NCBI GenBank assembly: GCA_043228905.1
Contig: JBHGNT010000002.1
Location: 7,502,001-7,566,000, forward strand
Direction: 5' to 3'
DNA from: Azolla caroliniana
Lineage: Eukaryota > Plantae > Polypodiophyta
DNA: 64,000 nucleotides
Position numbers and translations under genes: made by a program. This document shows, one piece after another, positions 61,989-64,000 of the stretch. Every line of letters begins with the position of its first letter. Positions within the stretch are counted from its first letter, which is position 1. The notes under the pieces were generated by a model that did no database searches, was not told the DNA's origin, and saw only the letters and a program-made list of their open reading frames with translations.

Positions 61989-63175
61989 TCTTCTTCTAAC
62001 TGACTAAGGACATCAAATTTGTTTGCTAGGTTCGGACTGTAAGTACTATTAGGACTATCATGCACACCTAGGGAAATAGACTCGGTTTTAGTACTGTTAA
62101 AACTATCATGCGTAGCTAAGGCAATAGACTCAGGTTTAGTACTATTAGTACTAGCAGTAATTTGGTTTACCTGCCTTTTTGGCCTATGGGGACAATTTAT
62201 TGCAATGTGTCCTGGTCCACCGCAGTAAAGACATAGTCGATTTGTACGACGTCGCTGCTTTTCCTCTTCGGATAATGGCCCTCGACGACGTGTTGTGTCA
62301 ATCTCCATCGGAGTCGGAGTATTCGCTGGAGGTGCAAGGTATGACTCCCTCGGAAAAGGTCTTGATGTCACTGAGGCGTAGGTGGGCTCCGATCTTGCCC
62401 TCGGCATCTGTAGTTGTCGTTCCGAACGACGCTCAAATAGACGGTTGTCGCATCTTACCGCGCGACTAATTGCTTCTGTTAAGGACTTCGGCTCTTCGGG
62501 GAAGGTCAAGAGTAAATCCTTGACATCGTTGCGTAAACCGTAACGGAATTGCTCCATTAACGCTTGATCATCCCAAGGAATATCGGCGGCGAGTAGGCGA
62601 AAATCTGCAGCGTATGCGGAGGCTGGACGATCACCTTGACGTAATCGCCGAATTTTGTTGATTGCGGTTCTGATGCTGTCAGTATCTCCGAAACATGCTT
62701 TAAACTCACCGATAAATTCTTCAAAATTATTGAGCAACGGGGATTCCTTTTCTAATAGGGGAGCGAACCACGCCAACGCTGAGCCACTTAATAAAGTTCC
62801 TACTAAACCCACTCGTGATGCATCGGTGGGATATCGACAAGGATGCATTTGAATAACTAGTCGTACCTGATTAAGGAACCCTCTAAACTGCGATCGCGTT
62901 CCATCAAACTTCGTGGGAAGGCCAATCTTGGGTTCTTTATGAGTTCCTTGTGTTGCGGGCCCGTGTTGTTGCATCGCCACGATGGTTGCTTCGAGTTGTT
63001 GTACGCGTAACGCAAGTTCCCCATGCTGTTGCTGCGTTTGCTGTTTTTCTAAGGAGATTTGTTGAAGATCCCCCAGCAACCGTTGGTTTTCTTGTTCCAA
63101 AGCATGAAATTTCTCCTTCAAACATTGAAACTCCGAAAAAACGGATTGATATTCTTCAGCGCTAACAGTGGCCAT
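61976..63175 (-). CDS. gag: Gag (coiled coil, PEG10/Ty3-like capsid, CCHC zinc knuckle)
   Basis: ATG at 63175 (MATVSAEE), EPKIGLPTKFDGTRSQFRGFLNQ, LRQG..YAADF, PTPMEID, CLYCGGPGHIAINC. Confidence 0.93.
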   Translation of the reverse strand: MATVSAEEYQSVFSEFQCLKEKFHALEQENQRLLGDLQQISLEKQQTQQQHGELALRVQQLEATIVAMQQHGPATQGTHKEPKIGLPTKFDGTRSQFRGFLNQVRLVIQMHPCRYPTDASRVGLVGTLLSGSALAWFAPLLEKESPLLNNFEEFIGEFKACFGDTDSIRTAINKIRRLRQGDRPASAYAADFRLLAADIPWDDQALMEQFRYGLRNDVKDLLLTFPEEPKSLTEAISRAVRCDNRLFERRSERQLQMPRARSEPTYASVTSRPFPRESYLAPPANTPTPMEIDTTRRRGPLSEEEKQRRRTNRLCLYCGGPGHIAINCPHRPKRQVNQITASTNSTKPESIALATHDSFNSTKTESISLGVHDSPNSTYSPNLANKFDVLSQLEEELND

Positions 63176-63241
63176 GGGATGAAAGAGAAGAGGAATTAAG
63201 AGACTAGTAGGAAAGGGGAGAGATAAGAGGGAGAGGAAGGG

Positions 63242-63254
63242 CAAATTGGTTCAA
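63242..63254 (-). promoter_or_regulatory. Self-priming PBS (TTGAACCAATTTG), complementary to the predicted transcript 5' end
   Basis: Lies 2 nt inside the 5' LTR and does not start with TGG. It is a 13-nt perfect complement of 63514-63502, which lies 32 nt downstream of TATAAAAG. Confidence 0.85.
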
Positions 63255-64000
63255 ACTGTCAGGAATCAGTAGTAAGACGGAGACGGAATTAGTACTAAAC
63301 GAAGGATTAGTACTACAGAGAAGGGATTAGTACTAAACGAAGGATTAGTACTATGAGGGGTGTAGAACTTCTTGAGAGAGAAGGAAGAAGTGAGCGAGAC
63401 AGAGAGACAGAGAGAGAGAGAGAGAGAGAGTAATGATGAGAGAAATATATGTATTACGTGAAGAGAATGTACAACTGTGGCTAGAAGGCTTAAGACTGGC
63501 GTTGAACCAATTTGGTTCAACATAACGCCTAGTGCCCTCTTTTATAGTATTTCTAAGAGTAATCCTGAAGCTTCTAGAATGTTCCAGAGAAATCTGGAAT
63601 ATACATCAATTTCTAAAATAAAACATAAATGAAAATAATATCCTACAACTTATAATGTATAGTCTAATGGTAAGACCTCGACCCATGTAGCATAAGGTCA
63701 TGGGTTCGAGTCTTGCCATGACACCATTAGCTTTTTCATTCCACCTTTCCCGAAGTTGAGTTGGATTGGTTGTTGAGTCTTTGTCGAGTGAATCTTTCCA
63801 TCTTGATAGTAGATTTTATCCTGATTAAGAGAATCCCTATGTTCTTGACAGTCTTTCTTTTGGTGGTCGACACTATCACACCACATACACCTTCGGACCA
63901 TTCCACCTCCTTGCCTTGATGAAGTCGAGCTTTGTCCCGATTCTAGCTTCGTCACTTTGATCAACAAGTCTTTCATGCCTTTCACCAACTCATGCAAGAG

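Larger units (their letters stand above)
57932..63723 (-). mobile_element. Intact, very recent Ty3/Gypsy chromovirus (Tcn1/Tf1-sushi-like)
   Basis: 467-bp LTRs at 57932-58398 and 63257-63723 (TG..CA; one difference seen, in the GA tract). TSD CCATT. PPT AAGGGGGGGATAG. Uninterrupted gag and pol ORFs. Confidence 0.98.
54994..64000 (-). mobile_element. Non-autonomous Gypsy-type element encoding gag and protease only (3' LTR ~54994-57290), host of the Tcn1-like insertion; continues beyond the window
   Basis: LTR ends TGTCG...CGACA(57290), followed by PPT GGGGGTGGG. The minus strand gives gag CMWCDSVDHQKKDC (63724-64000), joining across TSD CCATT to protease-like MDHG*EINM..CPNVKV..YPIILGQP, which ends ~60 bp before the PPT. 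Confidence 0.75.

Overview
Eukaryotic land-plant nuclear DNA. The gene style and TE lineages suggest a non-seed plant such as a fern (inference). There are three host genes: the 5' 19 coding exons of a callose synthase (minus strand, running off the left edge), a 5-exon ~1770-aa disordered/coiled-coil gene (+), and a single-exon MAKR/BKI1-family gene (-). The rest is mostly retrotransposon: a Gypsy chromovirus with a nested solo LTR inside a 10.6-kb callose synthase intron, two LINE remnants, a solo LTR, and a five-level nested Copia/Gypsy stack (44.9-64 kb) that ends in an intact, very young Tcn1/Tf1-like chromovirus. The most striking signal is that four different LTR families and one LINE tail each carry a ~70-bp tRNA-like RNA polymerase III A-box/B-box cassette with canonical 43-45 nt spacing, in different positions and orientations. 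The intact element also shows a self-priming PBS and a -1 frameshift site with a hairpin/pseudoknot. The callose synthase introns contain a 450-bp near-perfect Copia-derived hairpin and duplicated decoy splice acceptors. All coordinates and alignments were read by eye.
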